This document shows, piece by piece, positions 41,054 to 53,669 of a stretch of 64,000 nucleotides of DNA (the stretch's first letter is position 1; the number at the start of each line of letters is the position of its first letter). The translations under genes were made by a program, and so were the position numbers. The notes under the pieces were generated by a model that had not been told where the DNA came from, made no database searches, and saw only the letters and a program-made list of their open reading frames with translations. The DNA is from Eledone cirrhosa (taxonomy: Eukaryota), in assembly GCA_964016885.1 (NCBI GenBank), contig OZ024741.1, positions 346,890,001 through 346,954,000 of the forward strand. Reading direction: 5' to 3'.

Positions 41054-41335
41054 ATAATGACGTATTATCTTCGTTTTTTCCGTTCTTTGCCAGAGAACGT
41101 CTCCACGAACCACCTAATAGAATATTAGCGTACGACTTCTTTTATACCATAAACGTGGTTTTGTATTTGCGTGTAATTGTTTTTCACCGCTCCAAATAAT
41201 GACGTATTATCTTCGTTTTTTCCCGTTCTTTGCCAGGGAACGTTTCCACGAACCAAAGTATCGTCTTCCTGTCTTCCTCCGGTTGCAACATCTTTTGAAA
41301 TATTTACTTCTGCGTTCACATATTAACTTTTTTTA

Positions 41336-41384
41336 GTTTCAGAAGATCCCGTTAAGGGTGAAAGCAGCGATTCTTTTCTTAAAC
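41336..41384 (+). ncRNA. Hammerhead-like motif, U4A core, stem III mismatch
   Basis: gttt-CAGAAGA-tccc/gttaa/gggt-GAAA-gcag..tttc-TT-aaac. Confidence 0.45.
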
Positions 41385-41523
41385 TTTAATCTGTTATTTT
41401 AATTAATATATATATATGTGTGTGTGTGTGTGTGTATTTGTGTGTGTGTCGGATGGTAGCTAAGAAGCTTCAATAGGCGGTATGTCTGTTGAGCACTCTA
41501 TGCTCTTACAGAGCAGAGTATGA

Positions 41524-41837
41524 TATAATATAAAACGAAAAATCAGTGATGCATCTGAACTCAATTTATTGTGTGTTACAATTGTTTCGCCGGTGGACAG
41601 CTAGCTCGAGACGCGATCATTGTGTGGATCTGTCTGATTGTGTGGATCTGTCTAATGATTTCGGAGCATATTCTCTCTGAGAGATTATGCTCCGAAATTA
41701 TTAGACGTGTCCGTCGAACCTGCGGGTCCAGAATCAGACAGATCCACCACACAATGATCGCGTCTCGAGCTGTCCGCCGGCGTAACAATTGTAACACACA
41801 ATAAATTGAGGTCAGATGCATCACTGATTTTTCGTTT

Positions 41838-41846
<9 letters not shown>
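41524..41846. repeat. Inverted repeat pair of another pLTR-like family
   Basis: 41524-41639 is the reverse complement of ~41732-41846; carries GAAAC-AATT-GTA on the minus strand. Confidence 0.75.
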
Positions 41847-41889
<43 letters not shown>

Positions 41890-41997
41890 ATAATTATAAA
41901 TTTGAAGACTAAAATCCAAAGAGGGCTTGATAAGGATAAATATATATCAAATATATAAGAACCGTAGAGCAAATATTTATTAAAATAACAGATTAAA

Positions 41998-42046
41998 GTT
42001 TAAGCAAAGAATCGCTGCTTTCACCCTTAACGGGTTCTTCTGAAAC
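41998..42046 (-). ncRNA. Hammerhead-like motif, U4A core
   Basis: gttt-CAGAAGA-accc/gttaa/gggt-GAAA-gcag/cgattct/ttgc-TT-aaac; all three stems pair. Confidence 0.6.
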
Positions 42047-42534
42047 TAACAAAGTCAATCTGTGACCGCAGAAGTGAATATTTCAAAAAACGTTGCAACC
42101 GGAGAAAGCGAGGAAGGCGATACTTTGGTTTGTGGAAACGTTCCCTGGCAAAGAACGGGAAAAAACGAATATAATACGTTATTATTTGGAGCGGTGAAAA
42201 GAAATTACAAGCAAAGACAAAACCACGTTTATGGTATAAAAGAAGTCGTACACTAATATTCTATTAGGTGGTTCATAGAGACGTTCTCAGGCAAAGAACG
42301 GAAAAAACGTACACTAATAGAATATTAGTGTACGACTTCTTTTATACCATAATCGTGGTTTTGTCTTTGCGTGTAATTTTTTTTCAGCGCTCCAAATAAT
42401 GACCTATTATATTTGTTTTTTCCCGTTCTTTGCCAGGGAACGTTTCCACGAACCAAAGTATTATCTTCCTGTCTTCCTCCGGTTGCGACGTTTTTTGAAA
42501 TATTCACTTCTGCGTTCACAGATTGACATTGTTA

Positions 42535-42583
42535 GTTTCAGAAGATCCCGTTAAGGGTGAAAGCAGCGATTCTTTGCTTAAAC
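42535..42583 (+). ncRNA. Hammerhead-like motif, U4A core
   Basis: gttt-CAGAAGA-tccc..gggt-GAAA-gcag..ttgc-TT-aaac. Confidence 0.55.
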
Positions 42584-42645
42584 TTTAATCTGTTATTTTA
42601 ATAAATATATATATATATATATATTTATTAAAATAACAGATTAAA

Positions 42646-42693
42646 GTTTAAGCAAAAATCGCTGCTTTCACCCTTAACGGGATCTTCTGAAAC
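42646..42693 (-). ncRNA. Hammerhead-like motif, U4A core
   Basis: Inverted copy of 42535-42583 with a 1-nt loop deletion. Confidence 0.55.
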
Positions 42694-42716
42694 TAACAAT
42701 GTCAATCTGTGAACGC

Positions 42717-42750
<34 letters not shown>

Positions 42751-42792
42751 TACTCAATACCGAGTAATCATTTCTCTCAGCTGTCAACCACA

Positions 42793-43169
42793 TAGGGTGT
42801 CCATTAGTAATAGGTAATTTTCCGGAAGTTAAAAATGTGCTGCTCCCACAGCGAAAAATTGGTGTTTGCGCTATACCTGCGCTCTGCAAATTGCCTTCTC
42901 CTTATATTTCATATGACATATCCTTCTAATACCAAGAATATGTCTGAACAAGTTTTTAAATTAAGAGAAAATTATATAAGAGATAACAAATTTTAGTTGA
43001 AAAAATGACTTTCCGGGCGAAAGCTTCAAAATTTCACGGGCGATGAGGGACGCGTTGCAGCTGTCCGCTTGAGCGAAAGTTTTGTATAGACTGGTTTTTG
43101 GGTAAAGGGAATAAGATAAGGTTGTGGGAGCTAAACGTTTAGAAAGTTGATGAAATAAGGACCACCCTA
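42793..43169. mobile_element. Non-autonomous DNA transposon (Tc1/mariner-like MITE)
   Basis: TAGGGTGTCC..GCTCCCACA and TGTGGGAGC..GGACCACCCTA imperfect TIRs. Confidence 0.5.
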
Positions 43170-43210
<41 letters not shown>

Positions 43211-43410
43211 ATTAAGGATGCTATTTATTGTTATGTATATAATAAAACCTTTTATGGTTATATATATTTTAAACTCTAAATAGTGAAAGACAGTAATTCA
43301 TTACTATCTTATTACCAGTAAGATAAATAGCTCAATGTAATAACATCAGTTGTTTTACACGGCTGTTATATAGAAATTACATGAATCAAAGTTCAATTTA
43401 AATCATTTAT

Positions 43411-43459
43411 TTGCTTACAATTGTTTCCTCCAAACCGAGGTTTGGACTCTTCGGAGCAA
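43411..43459 (-). ncRNA. Minimal hammerhead, U4C core (3' pLTR)
   Basis: ttgct-CCGAAGA-gtccaaac/ctcg/gtttggag-GAAAC-aatt-GTA-agcaa. Confidence 0.72.
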
Positions 43460-44959
43460 CTATTTAGTGATTTTTTTACATACTTGACCTCCTTTTCAAC
43501 ACAAGAGACATATAAAAACATATGTATATATTGACCCACAGTGGGTTGACATCCATCATAATAATATAGCATGGCAATTTACATACAAATGTTACAGTCA
43601 TATTAAAGGACAAAATTAAAGTTAAAATTAAAATTAAAATAAAAATAAAAATAAAACATTGGCAGTTTATGAAGATAAAGCAAGAGGAAACTTTAGAGTA
43701 GTCAGTGTATGAAACAGTCTCACGTGTGGCATGCACGCGTGTCTTATTTATACAGGATTATAGTGCGGCAGATTGTTACATTTAAAAACAAGCAGTTAAA
43801 GCAGGCAATCAATAGCATCATGGGGGCTGTATTGTTAAAGCATTTTTCACACACACCAGTACGATATATAAGCCCGTTTGTAGAGAAACACCAAAAATAT
43901 CAAAAATATTACAAATGAGAAGCAAAACAGCACCACCGTCCTTGCACCCACCACCACTCACACAATCCAGGAAACTCAATTTATAGACTACATGTCCATC
44001 ACACAATCCACGATGATTCAACATTGGGTGCCTGGTGAACCATGTTATCAATCATATCTTGTCGTACCTTAATTTGATTCATAGATCAGGTTGTTTTTGT
44101 TGTGAGAGATGACATTGTATTATATTCCGGAAGTGTGTGTGTGACTAAGGTGAGTTAATGCGTAAGGGGAGTTAATGCGTAAGGGGAGGTAACTAGCTGA
44201 TTTTCATAGTTAAATGTATTATCCTAAAGTACATTAATGGTGTTTCAAATGAGTCCCTATCATATAAGGTTATAAACAATTTCTAAATATCTTATCTATC
44301 AAGAAGTACTGAAGGTGTTCATATCAGGATGATTACCTTCTATCATGGAGTGCCACAACCGAACATTCTACAAGAAGAGTCAGACCTCCAAATCAATGAT
44401 CTTTGTAAGTGTTATCCACCCGCAGAACTTGGCAGGGTCTTATTACTATATATGACTCCCGGTAAGCTCTGGGTCATTGTATGTCTGAATGCATGGCAAA
44501 GTTAAATATCACCAGGGTGGTCCAGAGATCAATTCTCTCTTACAAAGACACTAATCTGGCCATCAAGCCATACATATACTCATAACTCATATAGCACCTG
44601 TACATAATTCATTGTACTCAGCATATAGAATATATAGCCCTTTTAATAAATTAATTACTTAATCTTCTATCTATCCTATGGTGGCACTCCATGCACAGGA
44701 CAATGTTAGCACAACCAATTCAGTGCCTACAGTTTACATTAATTATATATTAGTGCAATGTAGTCCAAGTAATTCAAGGCCAATATACCAACAGTAGAAG
44801 TACATGGGGATATCTCTAGGGTAAAAGGTACTATTAGGGTGCCACTATTTGCGTTAAAGTGGATTAATGGGTTTGGAGATGAGGTGTAAGGTGTGCTCCT
44901 GATGCTAGTTGCTAGAGGTGGTGACGGGTTCAAGTCTGACATTGTTATATATTGGGTTT

Positions 44960-47371
44960 AAAGTTTTCGAAAGAGTGTTGGAAGCGGTGTTGGCAAGACG
45001 CGAACACCTCTGATTTTTTTTATTAAGGTGGTTATGGTTAGAGAAGATGCTAGTATGGGTCTCTAGTAGACAGAGGTTACAAAATGTATTAGGTGGTTTT
45101 TACGATGTCGCATTACCTATCACTTCCCATTTAAGTGTATATGGTTTATTTTTAGTTTTTAGATAGTGTATGTAGCTAGATAGTGGGCTAGACTGTGTTT
45201 TTTGAAAGAGTGGAGGTGCGAATTGTATCTAGTTTTGAAGCAGTTAGAAGTAGAGCCTATATAGGTTTCAGAAGAGTTGATAGTTGTGACTGTTCATGAG
45301 TATATGATATCCTTGATTAAGCATTTTTTATCTAAAGGGAAGGTTCTATTTGATCTACAGTTACAATTATTCTGGGTGTTAGTCTGCCGGTTATTATGTT
45401 GTGTAGAAGTCTGGATGGTAGCTATAGGGTTATGGTTATGTAGGTTGTCGTTACCAGCGTTATTGTTTACACTATTGCTATTACTATTATTTCTATTGAT
45501 ATTAGGGTTAGTTGCTATAATGTTATTTTGAAGGTTTATCGTCTGTTATGATTTAGTTTGTTGGAAGTAAGAATTAATTTTTCTTTTATTGCTACTAGCT
45601 ATGTGGTATGCTATGTTAGACGTAGTAGAGTAGGAGATTTTAATAGTGTTTTTGTTTAAAAGGCTATGGTACTTGTGGCCGGATGGGAAGTTTTTATCTA
45701 GTAGTTAGAAGAAAGCCCTAGGTAGGTTGGTAGAGACGTTTAGATTGAAAGGAGGGTTGAAAAATGTATTATTTCTTCTATTTTTGTTTTTATGTCTGGT
45801 GAGTTGTTTCCTTTTATGGTACTATGGTAATTTCTGTGGTGTGGGTTACTTTTGTTGGTATCATCCCTATTAGTGTGTGTATTACAACATTTTCTCATGG
45901 ACATGTTGTGCGAAATAATGTTGTAGCTATGTGTTTTTGTAGGTAGGAACTCGATCTCTATATTATGGCCTGATCTAGCTAATGCCTGATTATAATATTG
46001 CGAGTTTTTGTTAAATATGTTTACGTCGTAGGATAGATTAGAGATTCTATAAGATACTCCCTTAGAGATAGAGTTATAATAGATCTAGAGTGGTTAGACT
46101 TGGTATCTACGTAAATGAGTTTTTCATTAGGTTTATGGAAAGGTGCATATATCATTGAGTCTAGGTAGAGGGTGGCGTCCAGGAAGTTGACGTTTTTAGT
46201 GTTTTTGTCCATGGTAATACTAAGGTTATAGTTTTTGAATGTCTTGTGCAATAATTTTATAGTTCTTTCTATATTGAATTTTTTATAATCTATAAGTAGA
46301 AGTGCATCATCGCGGTACAAACCACCGTTGAGGTATGGAAGGTCCTTATGGATTTCGTTAAGTAAATATAGGCCGACTAAATCAGTGACCTGCGCCGAGT
46401 CACTAGACCCCATGGTTATGTCGAAGTTGTTTTGCGTATCTTTGCGGGTCCTTAATTGGTCTGCAAAGATGATTAGTGTTTTACGGGCCGCAAGTATGAC
46501 ATCAATCTGGGGTCTAGTCAGGTCACTATTGTCCATGGCCATGATAAGTGCCTTATTTAATAGGATAGGGGAAATAGAGGTGTAGTAAGAATTGATATCA
46601 AATTGAATACATTTGTTATCCTTGTTATCCTTGATATCTTTGAACCATTCAATCACTTCACCCGTATTTCCCCATTGTTTAGGGTATATCTTGTGTTTAA
46701 TCTGTGGGATGATTTTATCTAAAATTTTCTTACTGATAATGCCAATGTCAGACTTGGAAGGGCAGATGAGTCTAATCGAGGGGTTGCTAATGAAGTCCTC
46801 CTTTTGGTCCTTCAGAGAGAATCTAGGGGGTTTGGGGTATATGGCTGTGTATGTCTCTGGTGTCCTAATTTGGACACTATATTATAGCCTTCCATATTAA
46901 TATCTTCTAAGTTTTTCTGGTTTTCTTGTAGCGTTTATGTAGTTCATTATATATAAACTTTCTATAAGTATTATAATCTAGGCTGTATATGTTATTAGTT
47001 TTGTACGCATGTACAATACTTTTATTACTAGTTTTGAAATCATTAATAGAGGTGCTAAGTTTGTTCAAGAAGGTGTTGTTTTTATTACGGTGCTTTTTGT
47101 ATTTAATATTCTTAACTAGTTTTATTAGGTCATTTTCAAAGGAGTTTAGTAGTGTGTTATGAGGGGGGCTTCTAAAGGTTTTAAAGCCGAAGGAGTCAAA
47201 TTTGTTAGTATTATTAACCTTGCTAGATTTGTTTTTATCATAATGGAATGTCCTCCATCTCACTCTTTTGATAAAGGAGTTTACACTGTCGATCAATAAT
47301 TTTTCATATGTATTTTTGGGTGGTATTGGTATGTTCTTGGTTGACATAGGGAGTTGGTCTTTGATCAGCAT
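44960..47371 (-). pseudogene. Penelope (Naiad-type) RT + GIY-YIG ORF, disrupted
   Basis: STKNIPIP..FIKRVRWR, QFDINSYYTSI, MGSSDSAQVTDLVG, LYRDDAL, FFNPPF, CNCR..PL..KC, IIY..YIG. Confidence 0.88.
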
Positions 47372-47620
47372 ACTGGTAATTTATTGTATGTCAGCTCAAC
47401 AGTATGGAGCAGTTAATAGTATTAAGGATACTATTTATGGTTATGTATATAATAAAACCTTTTATGGTTATATATATTTTAAACTCTAAATAGTCAAAGA
47501 CAGTAATTCATTACTATCTTATTACCAGTAAGATAAATAGCTCAATGTAATAAGATCAGTTGTTTTACAGAGCAGTTATATAGAAATTACATGAATCAAA
47601 GTTCAGTTTAAATCATTTAT

Positions 47621-47669
47621 TTGCTTACAATTGTTTCCTCCAAACCGAGGTTTGGATTCTTCGGAGCAA
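47621..47669 (-). ncRNA. Minimal hammerhead, U4C core (5' pLTR)
   Basis: Same motif as 43411-43459. Confidence 0.72.
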
Positions 47670-47903
47670 CTATTTAGTGATTTTTTACATACTTGACCTC
47701 CTTTTCAACACAAGAGAAATATAAAAACATATGTATATATTGACCCACAGTGGGTTGACACCCATCATAATAATATGACTGTAACCTTTGTATGCTATAT
47801 TATTATGATGGATGTCAACCCACTGTGGTTCAATATATACATATGTTTTTATATGTCTCTTGTGTTGAAAAGGAGGTCAAGTATGTAAAAAATCACTAAA
47901 TAC

Positions 47904-47952
47904 TTGCTCCGAAGAATCCAAACCTCGGTTTGGAGGAAACAATTGTAAGCAA
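47904..47952 (+). ncRNA. Minimal hammerhead, U4C core (inverted pLTR)
   Basis: ttgct-CCGAAGA-atccaaac/ctcg/gtttggag-GAAAC-aatt-GTA-agcaa. Confidence 0.72.
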
Positions 47953-47990
47953 ATAAATGATTTAAACTGAACTTTGATTCATGTAATTTC

Positions 47991-48041
<51 letters not shown>

Positions 48042-48310
48042 ATGTCTGTGAAATATATACATTGGTCATAGACACACGCACACATATATATATACATACA
48101 CTCACATATATACATACACAACTGCAACACCAATTCACTTTCTCTCCCATTCTCCTTCTCTGTTACCTCACCCTCTCTCTATGTCTCTCTTTCAATCTAC
48201 TCTCTCACAACCACTATCTCTCTCTTTCTCCCTAACTTTCTATCTCTCTCTCTGATTCTTTTTTATGAAGGAGCACAGACGAGCAAGCAAGCAATTACAG
48301 ACTTTTAGTA

Positions 48311-48383
<73 letters not shown>

Positions 48384-48503
48384 ATTTATATATATATAAT
48401 TTATATATATATAGAACAAAGAACAAACAAAGAGTGATAAGATACCGGGTTGACCATAACACACCAGAGTACTCGATACTACAGGGTAGTAGAGTGAGTA
48501 ATT

Positions 48504-48590
48504 GGAAAAGAGTCAGGAGACCGACGGCTGAGCTCCGGCCGCTTCAACAGCTGATCCGAACGCTCAGCCGTCGGTGTCCTGACTTTTTCC
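48504..48590. repeat. GC-rich hairpin, ~29-bp stem
   Basis: GGAAAAGAGTCAGGAGACCGACGGCTGAGC pairs with GCTCAGCCGTCGGTGTCCTGACTTTTTCC. Confidence 0.85.
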
Positions 48591-48683
48591 TATATATATA
48601 TATATATATATACATACCTAACCAGTATCAAATTACATTAAATTATGTAAATGATTGAAGAACGTTTCAATCAATACAAAAGG

Positions 48684-50119
48684 AACATACATTTCTGTTG
48701 TATATATATTTTCCCAATCTATTAAACAACATAAACAACATAGATATTTACCAAACACCTGTCCACATGTTTTAAGACCGAAAACGCAAAGTTAAGATAT
48801 TTTGGAAAGTGTTTCGTAAATATATATATATATTATGTATGTTGTTTACTATAATCTGAAGATACATATACAGCAGAAATGAATATACCCTTTGTATTGA
48901 TCGAGGCGTCCGTTAATCAATTAAATCATTTAATGAAATATAATACTGAGTATTTTTATTCGTTTATATCTATCATCTGTGATATTGTAAAACTACAGTA
49001 ACTACGAATTTACCGATTATATTATACTATGAACTGTCTTTTATTTCTCTTGCTGTGAACTATAAAACCCCATTTCAGATTGGAAATATTTTTTCCCTTC
49101 ATATGGTCGTTTTATCAACTCATATATATATATATTTCTTTTATAAATAACCCATATATATATAAAACCCGGGCCTGAACATAAATTATGCGACTTGAAC
49201 CCTGATATTTTGATTTAAGTCTGTAAGTGGGTACTTAATTAAATCTAATTTGAATTAATTGCTCCCATTTCTATAGAAAGATCCTTATTTATCTCGATTA
49301 CTTTACGGTAATATTATAGATATCCAACTCCATTTCTTACTTATTCCCTTTCATATTTATTGTCTTTCATTATTTGCTGTTCCATATAATGATACCTACA
49401 CCGTACCCACCTTTGAATTAGGGTATCATTCACATTATCTTCAGGTTAATTGCTCCTTTAATAACTTCAGTTCTAAGATTAGTAGATTTAATTTGATTGG
49501 ATTTGATTTGATGTAAATTCAATTACCATTAATTTATCTGGTAATATCAAAGTACAGCAATTAAATCCCGTCACTATTTTCGTTCCAACTCAATTCATTT
49601 CATTTTCCTCTCTGTATGTACTCGTAAATTAACATACTTAATTCTGATTAAATAAAGTAATAACTTAATACATGCAAGTCAGATTGACCATTCATACAAC
49701 GTTCTGAGCTTTCTTTATTCTTGTTGATTTCGCTGTCTGACAAAACGGGAATGGCATAGAAATGCATGACACTTGTGTTACCGATCACACGTACAGCTTA
49801 AATAATTATTTCATGCGACGCTGATTATGTGTAAGGTGTGTATATATGTGAACTTTAGCGTGTGTAAATGCGCATTCTACATTTCGTAACAGAATGGAAA
49901 TTGTGTTTCAATATAAACCCCTTTCCTCTCCCACACACACTCTCTCTCTTTCCTCTGTTCTCTCTATATAGGTTTATATATTTACATATTGCTGTAAATG
50001 TGTACATATATAGCAAAAGGTGGAGGAACTCAGGAGAGTCAACGATAATACAATAAAGTATTTTTTTTTTGTATGAAATATTTGCGACTTCGTTTGCATC
50101 CAATGATGTTGACTAAAGA
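48684..50119 (+). repeat. ~1.44-kb non-coding unit, copy 1 of a local tandem duplication
   Basis: 48684-49083 matches 50120-50509; 49173-49850 matches 57377-58070. Confidence 0.85.
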
Positions 50120-50702
50120 AACATACATTTCTGTTGTATATATCATTTCGGAATCTATTAAACAACATAAACAACATAGATATTTACCAAACACATGTCC
50201 ACATGTTTTAAGACCAAAAATGCAAAGTTAAGATATTTTGGAAAGTGTTTCGTAAATATATATATATATATTATGTATATTCTGAAGATACATATACAGC
50301 AGAAATGAATATACCCTTTGTATTGATCGAGGCGTTCATTAATCAATTAAATAATTTAATGAAATTCAATACTGAGTATTTTTATTCGTTTATATTTATC
50401 TTCTGTGATATTGTAAAACTACAGTAACTACAAATTTAACGATTATATTATACTATGAACTGTCTTTTATTTATGTTGCTGTGAACTATATAACCCCATT
50501 TCAGATTGGCTAAATACATTTGAGGTTCAGAGAGTGGGATTGGTCCCATGCAAACCTTTACTCAAATATTTTGCGATGCATGATATTGCTGGCTGTGGGC
50601 AAGCCCCTTGAAGGACTAAAACACCACAAAGCGATGACATTACTGGAAATCAATTTGCAGCTATCATACACACACACATACACACACACATACACACACA
50701 CA

Positions 50703-50853
<151 letters not shown>

Positions 50854-51397
50854 GAATAAATTTAGTTCTTCATCAGTGATCTTCCAACCTACATTGGTAT
50901 TTCATCGCTTTAAAGACCATATATACCTCAGGTTGGTGCGAGCAACGGTTAAAGAAAGTCGTTGGAACACGTAAATAAGGGGAACGAGCGAGACAGTAAA
51001 CAATCAAAGATGGTAATGCAACGAAAAGTGAGGAAGAAGGAGTCAAGTCCCTGAAATCGATGAACATAAGTTCTGTGAATACGTAGACGAGAGGGAATAA
51101 AGACCATCCGACCTGGTCAAAGTGTGCGTGAGGAAAGAGTCTCGCACAGGTCAAACGGGAGAAAGTGGGAGAGGGAGTGGCAGAGAGTCAGTGAGTGAAA
51201 GTGTGAGGAAGAGGCTAACAGAGAGAGTGACTGTTAGTAGAGGTAAAAGGAAGTGAGAGATACAGAGAAAAGGGAACGCAGTAAGAAAGAAACAGACGGG
51301 TCATAGCGGAGGGAATTATATATGAATATGAAAACATGGCGTGCTGCGTGGTTGCAAATGGGTTATATATGAATACATTTAGTCCTTCATCAGTAAT

Positions 51398-52413
51398 ATC
51401 CAAAATTAAATTAAGGTAATGTTGTCATGCCTGAGAGACATGCGCCATATTCAGTGCAGAATAAGCTCAAAGATTCCAATGAATAGTTCCAATCATTTTA
51501 TATCAACTAGAATTAAATTGACACACATATATATATAAAATAAACACATGAAACAATCGCAGGGAATAATTTGTAAAGTGTGTAAGCACACATAGCTAGG
51601 TAGGTAAATAATTAAAGTTTAACTAGAACTTCAAATATAGGTACCTTTTAAAATAATTAATCTCCTGTGTATATATTTCTTTAAATAAAAAATATATTTC
51701 ACCAATTAATCCGTAAATCACTGCAATCAAATCCTGGATGGTCACCATGGATGGTACCAACATTTGAAGTTCTAGTTAAACTTTAATTAATTAGCTACCT
51801 AGCTATGTGTGCTTACACACTTTACAAACTATTCCCTGAGATTGTTTCATGTATTTGTTTTATACATATATATGTCAATCTATTTCTAGTTGATATAAAA
51901 TGTTCGGAACTATTCATTGGAATCTTTCAGCTTATTCTGCAGTGAATATGGCGCATGTTTCTCAGGCATGACAAGCTTACCTTAATTTAATTTTGGATAT
52001 ACATACGGCCCCTTGATTGTAGAGCTAATTCAGTTGAATGGACTCGGCTGCTATTTCTAGCACTGGGATGACGCGGTGCGATGTCGGTATTTTTTATAAA
52101 ATGCAACACGTGGTTCGAGTCATTCACAGATTTGCATTTGCTGTGTAAACACAGGTGGTTGGATCTTCTCCTTTGGTGACCATCCAGGATTTGACTACTG
52201 TGATTTACGGATTAATTGGTGAAATATATGTTTTACTTAAAGGAAATATATACAAAGGAGATTAATCATTTTATAGGTATCTATATTTGAAGTTCCAGTT
52301 AAACTTTAATTAGTTATCAACCTAGTTATGTGTGCTTACACACTTTACAAATTATTCCCTGAGATTGTTTGATGTGTTTATTTTATATATATATGTGTCA
52401 ATCTATTTCTAGT

Positions 52414-52420
<7 letters not shown>
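51398..52420. repeat. Inverted and partial tandem repeat cluster
   Basis: 51398-51638 is inverted at 51764-51999; ~51502-51748 is inverted at 52174-52418. Confidence 0.8.
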
Positions 52421-52484
<64 letters not shown>

Positions 52485-52604
52485 TATATATATATATATA
52501 TATTTATTAAAATAACAGATTAAAGTTTAAACAAAGAATTGGATTTTAGTCTTCAAATTTATTATTATTACTATATATATATTACTATATATATATATTA
52601 TTAC

Positions 52605-52637
<33 letters not shown>

Positions 52638-53191
52638 ATATATGTGTATGTGTGTGTGTGTGCATGTGTGTATGTGTGTGTCTGCGTGTGTGTGTGTATG
52701 TGGCTGCGTGTATGTGGGTATGTGTTTCATGTAAGTATATATATACATAATGAGAAACTTGAATTAATTACCTATATAACATTGATATATTTATTAAGTG
52801 ACGGGTGTTTTGCAATTTATTAGCTCAAGGTACGATTGGTAATAATCGGGCACGAAGCTGGAATGAGAATTATTCGAAAATGCACATGTCGGATGAACTA
52901 TCGAATTTAGGGTCATGCCGATTGATATCCCTCGTATCTTGAGATAATCTATCGTGAAACGTATTTCACGTATGTGTAATACATATATATCTGCTATATT
53001 GATACTTCGTTGCCGATTCTCATTAACATTCTCATTAGCATTGTGGTTGTTACACATGTATTGATACCAAAAGTGTTGAAGTCTCGCACATAGAATCTCA
53101 CATCAGAAGTCGTGTCCGCATATTATCATTGACTACTCAAACAGGTTTAATGATCGGTGCCTGAATTTACGCACTTAAACACACACACACA

Positions 53192-53278
<87 letters not shown>

Positions 53279-53409
53279 GTGAGGTTTTTTTTACAAAATG
53301 AAAAATAACCGAAGTGTCCTACACGAGTGGAAGTATAAAGAAAAAGGGATGAAATCGAAAATGCAACTGAAGTCTTATTTTTTTTTAAAATATATATATT
53401 TATTTGGTT

Positions 53410-53447
53410 CCTTTACCGGTTTCGCAGTTCTTCTGCTTTTCAAAAGG
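53410..53447 (-). ncRNA. Minimal hammerhead, U3-A8 core (left arm)
   Basis: Exact reverse complement of 53518-53555. Confidence 0.78.
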
Positions 53448-53517
53448 TGAGTTGAGATGGAGGGTCTGTGGTTTTTCTCACATGTGAGAAAAACCACAGA
53501 CCCTCCATCTCAACTCA

Positions 53518-53555
53518 CCTTTTGAAAAGCAGAAGAACTGCGAAACCGGTAAAGG
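53518..53555 (+). ncRNA. Minimal hammerhead (38 nt), U3-A8 core
   Basis: cctt-TTGAAAA-gcag/aagaa/ctgc-GAAAC-cg-GTA-aagg. Confidence 0.78.
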
Positions 53556-53626
53556 AACCAAATAAATATATATATTTTAAAAAAAAATAAGACTTCAGTT
53601 GCATTTTCAATTTCATCCCTTTTTCT

Positions 53627-53669
<43 letters not shown>

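Larger units (their letters stand above)
40818..42716. mobile_element. Alternating inverted array of an ORF-less ~290-bp hammerhead-bearing repeat
   Basis: Copies at ~41120-41405 (+), 41973-42265 (-), 42310-42606 (+), 42622-42716 (-), and a partial copy at 40818-41112 split by a SINE. Confidence 0.75.
43207..47992 (-). mobile_element. Near full-length Naiad-type Penelope-like element with direct pLTRs and an inverted upstream pLTR piece
   Basis: 43208-43567 matches 47417-47776; ~47797-47992 is an inverted copy; (TA)n at both ends; ORF inside. Confidence 0.9.
53337..53628. repeat. Spacer-less palindrome (146-bp arms) between (TA)n tracts
   Basis: Centre CTCACA|TGTGAG at 53482/53483; about 1 mismatch. 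Confidence 0.92.
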
